From positions 72,572-136,571 of the forward strand of contig JAKLFP010000005.1 of NCBI GenBank assembly GCA_022711115.1: a stretch of DNA of 64,000 nt. The letters are read 5' to 3'. This document shows, one piece after another, positions 39,263-49,021 of this stretch. The stretch comes from Candidatus Omnitrophota bacterium (lineage in GTDB: Bacteria; Omnitrophota; Omnitrophia; Omnitrophales; Aquincolibacteriaceae). A program made the translations under genes and the position numbers. The notes under the pieces were generated by a model. The model searched no databases. It saw only the letters and a list, made by a program, of their open reading frames with translations, and had not been told where the DNA came from. Numbering within the stretch: the first letter of the stretch is position 1; each line of letters begins with the position of its first letter.

Positions 39263-40552
39263 ATGTTTCGCGCCTTGAACCATCGCAACTACCGTCTCTT
39301 TTTCTTCGGTCAGGGGATTTCTCTGATCGGAACCTGGATGCAGCAAATCGCATTGAGCTGGCTGGTTTACCGGATGACGAACTCCCCGTTTATGTTGGGG
39401 ATCGTTGGTTTTGTGGGGCAGATCCCGACATTTATGATCTCCCCGGTAGCTGGCGTGATGGCGGACCGGTATGATCGCCGAAAAATGTTGATCATCACCC
39501 AAAGTCTTTCCATGTTGCAGGCGTTTCTCTTAGCGTTACTGGTTTTGACTCACCAGATCCAGGTATGGCATGTCATCGTGCTGAGCGCGCTTATCGGGGT
39601 TGTCAATTCATTCGACGTTCCCACACGCCAGGCCTTTACCATTGAAATGATCGACGATCCTCGGGATCTTGGAAATGCCATTGCGCTCAATTCTTCGTTG
39701 TTGAATGCCTCGCGGCTTCTCGGTCCGTCGATAGCCGGTCTTCTGATTGCGTTGGTCGGGGAAGGCATATGTTTTCTTTTAAATGCCATCAGCTACATTG
39801 CGGTGCTCTTTTCTTTGATCACGATGAAAATCTTTAAGCCTTCGTTCAATACCTCTAAACGACACATCTTTCTGGAATTAAAAGAAGGACTTAAATACGC
39901 TTTATATTTTCCACCCATTAAATGGATCCTGCTGCTTTTAGGCCTGGTCAGTTTGATGGGAGTTCCTTTTCAAGTACTGATGCCGATCTTTGCCAAGGAT
40001 GTTTTTCATGGAGGAGCGCACACCCTCGGATTTTTAATGGCGATGACTGGTTGTGGTGCTTTGGTCGGAGCTCTTTATCTGGCCGCTCGGAAAAGTGTGA
40101 TCGGTCTTGGGAAGATCATCGGGTTAGCGGCCGTTTTATTCGGTGTGACCATGATCGTTTTTTCGATATCTCGGACTTTCATAGTTTCCATGTTTATTCT
40201 TTTTGTTTCCGGTTTCGGATTGATGGTCCATATGGCTTCCTGTAACACCATTCTTCAAACAATCGTGGAAGAAGACAAGCGTGGCCGGGTGATGAGTTTT
40301 TATACGATGTCCTTTATGGGCATGATGCCTTTCGGCAGTTTATTGGCAGGAGGTTTGGCCAGTAAGATCGGGGCTCCTGTCACCGTTTTGTTTGGGGGCA
40401 TCTGCTGCATGATGGGAGCGTTTGTTTTTTTGAAAAAACTTCCTTTGATTCGGTCAAAGATCCGGCCTATCTATGCGCAAAAAGGTATCATTCCTGAAGT
40501 AGCCATGGGGATTCAATCTGCCGTAGATCTTGGGGGTTTTTCAAAGGATTGA
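39263..40552 (+). CDS. MFS transporter
   Basis: 12 TM helices. MFRALNHRNYRLFFFGQGISLIGTWMQ… is typical of the EntS/DHA3-like MFS subfamily. Start taken at the internal Met; the track ORF begins at 39047 inside macB. Confidence 0.8.
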   Translation: MFRALNHRNYRLFFFGQGISLIGTWMQQIALSWLVYRMTNSPFMLGIVGFVGQIPTFMISPVAGVMADRYDRRKMLIITQSLSMLQAFLLALLVLTHQIQVWHVIVLSALIGVVNSFDVPTRQAFTIEMIDDPRDLGNAIALNSSLLNASRLLGPSIAGLLIALVGEGICFLLNAISYIAVLFSLITMKIFKPSFNTSKRHIFLELKEGLKYALYFPPIKWILLLLGLVSLMGVPFQVLMPIFAKDVFHGGAHTLGFLMAMTGCGALVGALYLAARKSVIGLGKIIGLAAVLFGVTMIVFSISRTFIVSMFILFVSGFGLMVHMASCNTILQTIVEEDKRGRVMSFYTMSFMGMMPFGSLLAGGLASKIGAPVTVLFGGICCMMGAFVFLKKLPLIRSKIRPIYAQKGIIPEVAMGIQSAVDLGGFSKD

Positions 40553-40577
40553 TCGGCAAGATTTACTTTAAAATCAA

Positions 40578-40605
40578 TTGCATTTCATGCTTTTTTCTTT
40601 ATACT
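40578..40605 (+). promoter_or_regulatory. Candidate sigma70 promoter for the riboswitch-btuB operon
   Basis: TTGCAT-16 nt-TATACT, about 20 nt upstream of the first conserved riboswitch stem. Confidence 0.45.
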
Positions 40606-40624
40606 GAGGCCATTGTTCTTTGAA

Positions 40625-40880
40625 GAATTAAATAACAGGCGTATCAGGGAAGCGAGCCCCGCAAGTATTTACGGGGACTCCACGGTGCCGCCGCTGTCGA
40701 CAGGGACGAAAGCGAAAATGCCACTGCCTTGTGAAAGGTGGGAAGGTTCGCGAGTAGGTTTGTACTTGTCTAGTCAGAATACCAGCCTGTGATCTCAACA
40801 TTCAAATTCCAAGTCCTCCGAGCAGAGGTAAAGCCAGGTGAACCCTTTCTTGCCCATGCCGAGGCGGAAAGGGTTTTTTT
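40625..40880 (+). ncRNA. Cobalamin (AdoCbl) riboswitch with intrinsic-terminator expression platform
   Basis: B12-box GCCACTG at 40720-40726. Upstream it has …CAGGGAAGCGAGCCCCGCAAG…GGTGCCGCCGCTGTCGACAGGGACGAAAGCGAAAATGCCACTGCC, typical of Cbl aptamers. Terminator hairpin CCCTTTC…GAAAGGG+TTTTTTT at 40843-40880, immediately before the TonB-dependent receptor start. The operon context (btuB/F/C/D, cobO) matches. Confidence 0.8.
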
Positions 40881-43172
40881 GTGTTCAAAGGTTTTAAATC
40901 CCGGAACGAGCGATTCCGGAAAATCGGCAATGTATTGTTCCTCTTGTGTTTCATTCAGTTGGGGTGGAGTTTCCCATTTTTTCATAAAGAAGAAAACAAA
41001 ACCTCTTCTGTCTCCAGCACACAAGATTCAAAATCAGCTTCGCAAACATCCGGCCCTGGCATTAGCACGGCGAAACAGAATATCGACAACCTAAAATCCG
41101 CGGATCTTTTATCTGTAGACGTTATTGCGTCCCGTCTTCCGAGTGTGACAGAAAACATCCAGGATATGCCGTCGAACGTGACCTTTAAAAGTGAGAAAGA
41201 ACTTCACGAAGCACACCCGCAAACCTTTCAAGATGCGGTGCGGGATATCGAAGGGGCTGTTTTTTATGATGAGGTCGGTAACGGTGTTGATTCAACATTT
41301 TCACTTAGGGGATTTAACAATTCAAGCGCCGTAGTTTTTCTGGTGGATGGTGTTCGTGTGAACGAAGTCGATAACAATGCGGTGAATTTTCCACTGATCC
41401 CGATGCGGGATGTACAATCTATTCAGATCGAGAGGGGTTCTTCCTCTGCTGTTTATGGAAGTAATGCCTTTGCCGGCGTGGTCAATATCACGACCGGTCA
41501 AGCAAGCCCCAAACCGATGCATCTTTTCGGTGGTTTGGAATGGACGAGTTTTCACGGTCTTCGTTTTAACCAAGGAGTCAGCGGGACGATCCAGGACAAG
41601 ATCACGCCTCTCGGCGGTCGTTTCACTTACTATTTCAATGGTGAACGTGATAACACGCAGGGATACCGGAATCATTCGGAGTTCCGCTTCACTTCATTTG
41701 ATATCAAAACGGCGTATGAACTTCCTGAGGGCCAGGGACGTTTTTATGTGAACATCAAGCACATGGTCGACGGAGATCATACTCCCGGAGAGATCACGCT
41801 GGAAAAATTTCAAAGTGGAGACCTTCGAAGCTGTAACAAGCCTTACGACGGCCGTAAATTTTTTAATACGATCGTCTCGCTGGGCGGAGACAAGCGTTTT
41901 TGGGATGACCGGATCCTTGCTTCGATCCTTTACAGCGATCGCATGAATAAACGGAACATTTATACGACTTACGGGACCTTTACTCCTTGGCTCTACCCCC
42001 AGTTTGATCCTTACACGTCATTTCTTAATATGAAAAGTCGCGATCGCGATTTAACATGGCAGCTAAAATATGACGATCAGTGGAAAGGGCTGGGAAATGA
42101 ATCGCTCTTAGGCATGGAGGTCCGCAACAGCCGTCAGACCTCCGCCGAACGGTACGCCTATCTGGGGAATATCCAGGAGTTTTTGCCTCCCACCACGGAC
42201 CACAGCGCCCGCTACAATAATGCCGCGATCTTCTGGCGCGAGACCTTGAAAATTTGCGACAAAATCATTCCTTTCTTCGGAATGCGGCATGATTTTAACT
42301 GGCTGCATACAGCGGATGCCATTACTCCGACGAATAACGTAAGCCAAAGATATGATAAATCCACTTTATCGACCGGAATGACGGTGAAGCCGTTTCAATG
42401 GGCTGATGTTTTCGGGAACTATTCCCAGGGTTTTCGGGTTCCGACCATGGACGAAACAACGCCGTATGCCGGGGCCAATCAAGTCAGTTTAAAACCGGAA
42501 AGTTCGGACAGCTACGAAGTCGGGATAAGGCTGCGCTATAAGGAAATGGCGGCCTACAAGTTCAGCTATTTTTTAATTGATGTGAATGATGAAATCCAAT
42601 GGGACAATTTGAGGAACCAATATTTCAATATCGCCCAGACGCGTCGATACGGTATTGAACAGCGCGTGGATTTTATGCCGATCCAGGAAATAAAACTTTA
42701 CGGCAGTTACACCTGGATGGCCGCATATGTTCTCAGCGGAGGAACAAGCAGTCTTGTTGAAGGCCGCGCGCTGGGACAGATCCCCGCGAACCGGTTTACT
42801 CTTGGAGTTACGTCCACGCCTTTGCGGCGATGGGGTTCTCCTTATGAGGGTTTCAGGATCGGGATGAACGGTGAGTTTACGGGCAGGCAACATCCATCCA
42901 ACTATGAGACATCCAGTCAAGCGGTTTTAGACACGACCGGAAAAGCAGGACACTGGATCCCGGGATATTCGGTTTGGAATTTCATCACGTCGTATAACTG
43001 GAAACAACAAGAGATTTATTTCAAGATCAACAACCTGTTTGGGGAAAAGTATTATTCACGATCCTATTCCGGGACCTCGTGGGGAAGTTCTCTTTACCCG
43101 GCAGGAACTTATACTTGGGTCAACCCGGGTTCCGGGCGGGAATTTGTCTTGGGAACCAAATGGGAATTCTAA
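40881..43172 (+). CDS. btuB: TonB-dependent outer-membrane receptor (cobalamin/BtuB-like)
   Basis: Plug domain (…VVFLVDGVRVNEVDNNAVNFPLIPMRDVQSIQIERGSSSAVYGSNAFAGVVNITT). 22-strand barrel. C-terminal …TKWEF with terminal aromatic. The GTG start is uncertain. Confidence 0.85.
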   Translation: MFKGFKSRNERFRKIGNVLFLLCFIQLGWSFPFFHKEENKTSSVSSTQDSKSASQTSGPGISTAKQNIDNLKSADLLSVDVIASRLPSVTENIQDMPSNVTFKSEKELHEAHPQTFQDAVRDIEGAVFYDEVGNGVDSTFSLRGFNNSSAVVFLVDGVRVNEVDNNAVNFPLIPMRDVQSIQIERGSSSAVYGSNAFAGVVNITTGQASPKPMHLFGGLEWTSFHGLRFNQGVSGTIQDKITPLGGRFTYYFNGERDNTQGYRNHSEFRFTSFDIKTAYELPEGQGRFYVNIKHMVDGDHTPGEITLEKFQSGDLRSCNKPYDGRKFFNTIVSLGGDKRFWDDRILASILYSDRMNKRNIYTTYGTFTPWLYPQFDPYTSFLNMKSRDRDLTWQLKYDDQWKGLGNESLLGMEVRNSRQTSAERYAYLGNIQEFLPPTTDHSARYNNAAIFWRETLKICDKIIPFFGMRHDFNWLHTADAITPTNNVSQRYDKSTLSTGMTVKPFQWADVFGNYSQGFRVPTMDETTPYAGANQVSLKPESSDSYEVGIRLRYKEMAAYKFSYFLIDVNDEIQWDNLRNQYFNIAQTRRYGIEQRVDFMPIQEIKLYGSYTWMAAYVLSGGTSSLVEGRALGQIPANRFTLGVTSTPLRRWGSPYEGFRIGMNGEFTGRQHPSNYETSSQAVLDTTGKAGHWIPGYSVWNFITSYNWKQQEIYFKINNLFGEKYYSRSYSGTSWGSSLYPAGTYTWVNPGSGREFVLGTKWEF

Positions 43173-43194
43173 AACCCAGGATGAGGACATTGTC

Positions 43195-43674
43195 ATGCGG
43201 AAACACGTAATTTTTCTAGTAATTTTGTTTTTATTTTGCGCTTCCAGGGCTTCGGCGGGGGAGAATTTTATTCTGGATCCTTCCACAGGATTTGGAGTCC
43301 AGCAGGATGCGGAGGGACCGAATTTTCGCGCGAGAACGGATTTTTCTTCAAAAGAAAAAACAAGTTTTGGAGATACTTTTGAGGCTTCGAAAGAAACCGT
43401 TCCTCCTTATGTGGTCGCGATGCCGAAAAACATCCGATATCCTTCCTGGGCCAGGCGCGAAGGTTTTCAGGGGAAGTTGGTGGTTGCGATAGAAATTCTT
43501 GAGGATGGAAATGTCGGAAAGTGGCGCATTGCGCGATCAACGGGGAATGAAAAACTTGATCAGAGCACGGTAGAATCCATTTTAACCTGGAAATTCCAGC
43601 CGGCTATGAAACAAGGCAGACCTATTAGGACCTTTATCGAAGTCCCCGTCAATTTCGAGCTGATCCGGAACTGA
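43195..43674 (+). CDS. tonB: Energy transducer TonB
   Basis: Signal anchor MRKHVIFLVILFLFCASRASA. C-terminal TonB domain (YPSWARREGFQGKLVVAIEILEDGNVGKWRIARSTGNEKLDQSTVESILTWKFQPAMKQGRP). The track ORF starts earlier, inside btuB. Confidence 0.8.
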   Translation: MRKHVIFLVILFLFCASRASAGENFILDPSTGFGVQQDAEGPNFRARTDFSSKEKTSFGDTFEASKETVPPYVVAMPKNIRYPSWARREGFQGKLVVAIEILEDGNVGKWRIARSTGNEKLDQSTVESILTWKFQPAMKQGRPIRTFIEVPVNFELIRN

Positions 43675-43678
43675 TCTT

Positions 43679-44545
43679 ATGCTGCTAAAAAACACCTTGA
43701 TGATAGTCCTGTTTTTTTTGATGACGCCCAATGCTTTTGCAGCAGATTCTATAACTGCCAAAATTCAAACAAAGCCCGGAACTAGTCCTCAGCGGATTGT
43801 TTCTGTCAATTTGTGTACCGACGAACTTTTGCTGCGTCTCGTTTCTCCGGAACGAGCGGCCGCAGTGACCAAACACAGCGCCAATTCTTCGATCTCGACC
43901 GTTGCTGAGCAAACGACAACAATCAAAAAGATCCAGGGAACTGTTGAAGATGTGATGTCCTGTAAAGCCGATCTTTTGATCGGCGGCAAATTCAGCAACA
44001 AACAAACGCTCCACTTTTTTCAATATTCAGAAATCCCTGTGCTTATCTTTGGGGTGCCTAAGAATTTCGAAGATATTTACGCAGATATCCAGAAATTGGC
44101 AAAAGCTGTCGGCGAGTCCGAAAAAGGAGAGCAGATCATCAAGGGGATGGAAGAGGATCTTTTAAAGATTCGGAGGGATATAAAATCAAAGACGCCAAAG
44201 CGCGCGGTATTTTTTCAGAGCGGGAATTATGTGCCGGGTTCCGGTACTTTTGAAAATGCGATCATGGAAGCAGCCGGGCTTGAGAACATCGCTGTGCCGC
44301 TTGGTATCAAGGAATATGGCAATTTGCCTCTGGAAAAACTCATTGAAGCAAAACCCGATGTGATGATTTTTGCGGGGGATCAAAAACGCGGTACTACGGT
44401 GAGAGGGGAAGTGCTTTCGCATCCTGCCATGAACCAAGCGCTTCCCGATTTAAAGGTTGTGGAAATCCCATCTTCCATGCTGAATTGCGGATCGCCTGCT
44501 TCCATCGAAGCGGTCCGTATTCTTGTCCGAGAAACCAGCGTATGA
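43679..44545 (+). CDS. btuF: ABC transporter periplasmic substrate-binding protein, cobalamin/siderophore class (BtuF-like)
   Basis: Signal peptide. IVSVNLCTDELLLRL motif. Class III SBP fold. Confidence 0.82.
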   Translation: MLLKNTLMIVLFFLMTPNAFAADSITAKIQTKPGTSPQRIVSVNLCTDELLLRLVSPERAAAVTKHSANSSISTVAEQTTTIKKIQGTVEDVMSCKADLLIGGKFSNKQTLHFFQYSEIPVLIFGVPKNFEDIYADIQKLAKAVGESEKGEQIIKGMEEDLLKIRRDIKSKTPKRAVFFQSGNYVPGSGTFENAIMEAAGLENIAVPLGIKEYGNLPLEKLIEAKPDVMIFAGDQKRGTTVRGEVLSHPAMNQALPDLKVVEIPSSMLNCGSPASIEAVRILVRETSV

Positions 44546-45570
44546 GACACCCTAAAAGTGATAGCCAATCACGAGGTCTTATTAAAGAAATGTCTCCATG
44601 GCTTCTTCATGGATCTCTTTGGATAGGGTTAGTCACTGCTTTTTTGATTTCCATCGATGTCGGCAATATCAAGATATCCTTTTTAGAAATGCTTTTTCAA
44701 CCAGCTCACTCGGACGCCTCTGTGGTATTTTGGGATATTCGGTTACCTAGGGCGCTTCTTGGATTGCTTGTAGGTGCGACGTTAGGTCTCTCGGGTGCTG
44801 CGATGCAGGGTTTTCTCCGGAATCCTTTGGCTGAACCTGGGGTTTTAGGTGTGACAGGCGGCGCTGCACTTGGCGCGGTGCTTGTATTTTACACGGGAAT
44901 CTTTTCAGTTTTTTCTATGGCTTTGCCGTTGGGTGGTATCTTCGGAGCATTTCTTTCTGTCCTTTTTCTCTATCTCCTAGCAGGGAGCATGAGCAGCGTT
45001 CAGACATTAATACTTGCGGGAGTTTCCATGAATGTCATTGCTTTTTCCGGAACATCGCTTGCGCTCAACCTGTCTAAAGATCCGTATGCGGTGCTTGATA
45101 TCGTGTTTTGGCAGATGGGTTCTCTCGCAGATCGGAGTTTCCACCATGTTTTCCTGATTTTACCTTTTATTCTAATCGGATGGGTGTTGCTTCTGTGGGA
45201 TCGACGCGCCTTGGATGCCTTAAGTCTAGGCGAAGAAGCAGCGGCCAGTCTTGGCATTAATCTGAAAAAAATGCAATTGCGGATGATTATTGGAACGGCA
45301 TTTTGTGTAGGTGCAGCGGTTTCAGTCTGCGGCAGTATCGGATTTGTAGGACTTGTGGTGCCCCATCTTTTAAGGCCTTTGGTGGCGAATCAACCCGGGA
45401 AACTTCTTGTTGTAAGCGCCTTGGGTGGAGCGATCCTGTTGCTTTTATCGGATATTGCCGTGCGGCTGATTCCTGTAGCGGTAGAACTTAAGCTCGGAGT
45501 CCTGACATCCCTTGTCGGAGCGCCCTTTTTTATGATACTTATTTTACAAATGAGGCGGAAACTTTTATGA
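44542..45570 (+). CDS. btuC: FecCD-family ABC permease (BtuC-like)
   Basis: About 9-10 TM helices; ...LALNLSKDPY…; ATGA overlap with btuF. The track ORF starts upstream at 44485. Confidence 0.85.
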   Translation: MRHPKSDSQSRGLIKEMSPWLLHGSLWIGLVTAFLISIDVGNIKISFLEMLFQPAHSDASVVFWDIRLPRALLGLLVGATLGLSGAAMQGFLRNPLAEPGVLGVTGGAALGAVLVFYTGIFSVFSMALPLGGIFGAFLSVLFLYLLAGSMSSVQTLILAGVSMNVIAFSGTSLALNLSKDPYAVLDIVFWQMGSLADRSFHHVFLILPFILIGWVLLLWDRRALDALSLGEEAAASLGINLKKMQLRMIIGTAFCVGAAVSVCGSIGFVGLVVPHLLRPLVANQPGKLLVVSALGGAILLLLSDIAVRLIPVAVELKLGVLTSLVGAPFFMILILQMRRKLL

Positions 45571-46325
45571 AATGGATCGAAGCGAATCAGATCAGCATTT
45601 CATTGGATGGGTTTCCGATCCTGGAGAATGTGGATCTTGATCTTGAAAAGGGTGAAATGCTTGGTCTGATCGGACCGAACGGAGCCGGAAAAACAACTCT
45701 TCTTAGAATCTTGGCCAGACTTCTTGAGCCGGATACAGGTTCCGTATTTATGGGTGATCACATCCGAGCTGAAGATTTTTCAAAAAAAGTTTCCTACCTC
45801 GCTCAATCTCAGGAGATCCATTGGCCGATCAGTGTTCGAAGACTGGTTTCGCTAGGGCGTATCCCGCATCTTATGCCTTGGCAGCAACTCGGTCCGGAAG
45901 ATGAAGAAGCGATTGAGCAGGCTATGAAGGTGACGGATGTTTTTCATTTAGGGGATCGTTCCGTGGATCATTTAGCAGGTGGCGAAAAGCGTCTCGTGCT
46001 TTTAGCTCGGGCACTGGCAACCCGGCCGTCCATTATCCTGGCGGACGAACCGGTTCAGGGGCTTGATCCGGCGCATGGGCTTCAGGTGATGGAACTTTTG
46101 AAACAGTTTACTGCTTCGGGATGTGGGGTGATTGCAGTCCTTCATGACCTTACGCTGGCTGCGCGTTTTTGTCATCGAATCATGCTTCTTGACCATGGCA
46201 AGGTTTTGGCCGTAGGCCGTCCCAACGAAGTTCTTACAGCGGAAAATCTTCGGAAGAGTTATCATGTGGAAGCAAAATACGGAACTACGGACGGGTTTTA
46301 TGTAATACCTTGGAGAAAGTTATGA
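45567..46325 (+). CDS. btuD: ABC transporter ATP-binding protein (BtuD/FecE-like)
   Basis: Walker A GPNGAGKTT, signature LAGGEKRLVLLARAL, Walker B ILADEP. ATGA overlap with btuC. Confidence 0.88.
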   Translation: MKWIEANQISISLDGFPILENVDLDLEKGEMLGLIGPNGAGKTTLLRILARLLEPDTGSVFMGDHIRAEDFSKKVSYLAQSQEIHWPISVRRLVSLGRIPHLMPWQQLGPEDEEAIEQAMKVTDVFHLGDRSVDHLAGGEKRLVLLARALATRPSIILADEPVQGLDPAHGLQVMELLKQFTASGCGVIAVLHDLTLAARFCHRIMLLDHGKVLAVGRPNEVLTAENLRKSYHVEAKYGTTDGFYVIPWRKL

Positions 46326-46846
46326 AGAAACAAAAAAATAAAGGACTTATTATTGTTTTTACAGGCAACGGCAAAGGAAAAACAACGGCTGCGTTGGGTG
46401 TGGCCATGCGCATGATCGGGCATGGGAAAAAAGTTGTGATGGTGCAGTTTCTGAAATCAGGGAGCGGCGAATCCCAGGCGGCTAAGAAATTCGGGAGTGC
46501 TTTTAAAATCTGGAGCTTGGGAAAGGGATTTACATGGCAGCATTCTCCGGCAGAAAATAAAAAGATAGTGCGAGAGGCATGGCGCAAATGTCGTGAAATC
46601 CTAAAGGACCCTCGCTATGCTTTGGCCATTTTTGATGAAATTAACTATTGTATGGAATATAAACTGCTTGATCCTCAAAAAGTAATACAAGAACTCCGGA
46701 AAAAAACCAATGCCAAACACGTGATCCTTACGGGCAACGGTTTGCCGGGAGAGATTTTAGATGTGGCGGATCTTGTTACCGAGATGAAATGCATCCGTCA
46801 TCCTTTCCAGAATTCCCTTCCGGCTCAAGCGGGCATTGAATTCTAA
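46322..46846 (+). CDS. cobO: Cob(I)yrinic acid a,c-diamide / cob(I)alamin adenosyltransferase (CobO/BtuR family)
   Basis: KGLIIVFTGNGKGKTTAALGVAMRMIGHGKKVVMVQFLK P-loop that is characteristic of CobA/CobO. ATGA overlap with btuD. Confidence 0.85.
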   Translation: MKKQKNKGLIIVFTGNGKGKTTAALGVAMRMIGHGKKVVMVQFLKSGSGESQAAKKFGSAFKIWSLGKGFTWQHSPAENKKIVREAWRKCREILKDPRYALAIFDEINYCMEYKLLDPQKVIQELRKKTNAKHVILTGNGLPGEILDVADLVTEMKCIRHPFQNSLPAQAGIEF

Positions 46847-46892
46847 AACCATTTCTAGTAGTCCGATCAAAGTTGGAGTATAATCCATCTCT

Positions 46893-48977
46893 ATGTCAAT
46901 TCAGGAAAATCCCAATCAGGTCTATTCTTGTCTCTGTGCGGAAGCTTCAAGGGAAGCCCAAGGCGCAAGCCCTGTCTCCGGTCATCGGTATAAGCATTTT
47001 CATCTCTACTTGATTAAACCCTCCAAATACGATGATGACGGGTACGTGATCCGGTATTGGAAAGGCGTTCTTCCAAGCAATACCCTCAGCTGTCTTAATG
47101 GGTTGAGTGAGGATGTGCGGGAACGGGGTATTCTTGGTAAGGATCTGCAATGGAAAACGGAGTTGATTGACGACACGGTTCAGAAAATTCCTTACCAGCG
47201 CATTATTCGAGACAGTCGTTGTACGGATACGAAAACCGTTGTTTGTCTCGTGGGTGTTCAGACAAACCAATTTGTGCGCGCTTCCGATCTGGCTTTAAAA
47301 TTTCGTAAGGCCGGTGTTACGGTTATGATCGGCGGCTTTCATATCAGTGGGATTATGTCAACGCTTCCTGATTTATCGCCGGAATTGGTAATACTCCGGA
47401 ATGCGGGCGTGACGTTAGTGGCTGGGGAAGGCGAAGGCGGTCACTGGGAAAAAATTCTTATTGATGCCTTCCACGGCAAACTTTTACCCGTTTATAATTT
47501 TCTGAATGACCTGCCGGATCTTTCTAGGGCCGCTTTTCCGAAGATTAACCCCCAACTTCAAAACAATTATGCCCTGAAGCATTTCGGAACTTTGGATTGC
47601 GGCAGGGGATGCCCGTTTGGGTGCAGTTTTTGCACGGTCATTAATGTGCAGGGTAGACGCATGCGTTTTCGTGATGTGGATTCTTTGATCCAGAAAATCA
47701 GGGACGATTACCGTCAGCACGATGTTTCTCATTATTTTTTTACGGATGATAATTTTTGCCGTAACAAAAATTGGGAAATCATCCTGGATCGCATCATCGA
47801 GCTTCGTGAAAAAGAAAAAATCCCGTTCCATTTCATGATGCAATTGGATACGCAATCCCACCTCGTTCCTAATTTTCTGGAAAAATCTGCTAAAGCAGGT
47901 TGCCGGCAGGTTTTTATCGGAATGGAAAGCTTAAATCAGGAAAATCTCAAGGCTGCCAAGAAGAATCAAAATGACATTGCTAATTTTAAAGCGCTTGTGG
48001 ATGCCTTTCATGATGTTGGGATTGTTTGCCATTTGGCCTACATCATCGGCTTTCCCTTAGACACCAAAGAATCGGTTAAAAAAGATATTGAAATGCTGAT
48101 GTCCCTTGGAGCCGAACAAACCTCTTTTTTTATGATGACGCCTTTGCCAGGTTCTATGGATTATAAACAAGCTGTGGCAAAAGGGCAGATTATGGATGCG
48201 GATCTTAATAATTATGACACCTTCCATGAGACGCACCGTCATGCTCGAATGAAACCGGGGGAGTGGCAGGAAGCCTATGAGGCCGCCTGGAAGAGTTTTT
48301 ATAGTATTGAAAATATGAAGAATATTTTACGGCAGCCGATGCCCTTTGAAAACTACTGGGGAGTGATCACTAATTTTATATGGTATAAAAATAGCATCGA
48401 GGTGGAAGGCGGGCATCCTATGATTCATGGTTTTGTTCGTCTTAAAGGACGTTTGGAACGGCGTCCTGATTATCCCGTGGAAAATCGATGGCAGTATTGC
48501 AAGCGTCGTTTTTATGACATTCTCGGAGAAATCAAAGGCTGGTGGAAGTTAACTTTGGAAATTGAAGAAGTTTGGCTTGCGACGCGTCGCCGTGGCCCGC
48601 TTGAGGCACGCGTGGTTGCGGAACTGGCGCGTCTGACACAGTCTGCTCGGGAATGGCGTGATCTTCGGTGTTCGGAAATCCATCATCTCTACCAAAAGGC
48701 CGCGATCGCTTTGGAGAAAAAAGGCCTTTATCGTTTGCGCATTCCGTCACGTTTTCAGATCTGGCTGCACAAATGGAACTTTATTACGGATCCGCTCTCA
48801 GCGACGCGAAAACCTTTCGAACGGTTCTGGAGAAAGGTCTATATTGCCTTTCGAAGGAGAGAGTTTTTGCGTATCAACTACTTTCGGATTTTTTGGGTAG
48901 GCTTTGAAGAGTTCATTTTATTTTGCAGGTTTTTTATTTCCATTGTGATTACAGGCCTTTTTATCCATAAACACTGA
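46893..48977 (+). CDS. B12-binding domain radical SAM protein (large, 694 aa; DUF4070-type C-terminus likely)
   Basis: N-terminal B12-binding-like region (…HFHLYLIKPSKYDDDGYVIRYW…VCLVGVQTNQF…VMIGGFHIS). rSAM motif LDCGRGCPFGCSFCTV. Long C-terminal extension. Confidence 0.82.
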   Translation: MSIQENPNQVYSCLCAEASREAQGASPVSGHRYKHFHLYLIKPSKYDDDGYVIRYWKGVLPSNTLSCLNGLSEDVRERGILGKDLQWKTELIDDTVQKIPYQRIIRDSRCTDTKTVVCLVGVQTNQFVRASDLALKFRKAGVTVMIGGFHISGIMSTLPDLSPELVILRNAGVTLVAGEGEGGHWEKILIDAFHGKLLPVYNFLNDLPDLSRAAFPKINPQLQNNYALKHFGTLDCGRGCPFGCSFCTVINVQGRRMRFRDVDSLIQKIRDDYRQHDVSHYFFTDDNFCRNKNWEIILDRIIELREKEKIPFHFMMQLDTQSHLVPNFLEKSAKAGCRQVFIGMESLNQENLKAAKKNQNDIANFKALVDAFHDVGIVCHLAYIIGFPLDTKESVKKDIEMLMSLGAEQTSFFMMTPLPGSMDYKQAVAKGQIMDADLNNYDTFHETHRHARMKPGEWQEAYEAAWKSFYSIENMKNILRQPMPFENYWGVITNFIWYKNSIEVEGGHPMIHGFVRLKGRLERRPDYPVENRWQYCKRRFYDILGEIKGWWKLTLEIEEVWLATRRRGPLEARVVAELARLTQSAREWRDLRCSEIHHLYQKAAIALEKKGLYRLRIPSRFQIWLHKWNFITDPLSATRKPFERFWRKVYIAFRRREFLRINYFRIFWVGFEEFILFCRFFISIVITGLFIHKH

Positions 48978-49021
48978 AAAATTCAAAAAACGATCCTTCA
49001 AAACAAGAAAGCCAAAACATC

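Noticed and set aside
40789-41094. 101-aa + ORF overlapping the riboswitch terminator and receptor start
   Set aside because: It overlaps the B12 riboswitch expression platform and is out of frame with the clear TonB-dependent receptor. The translation is not protein-like.
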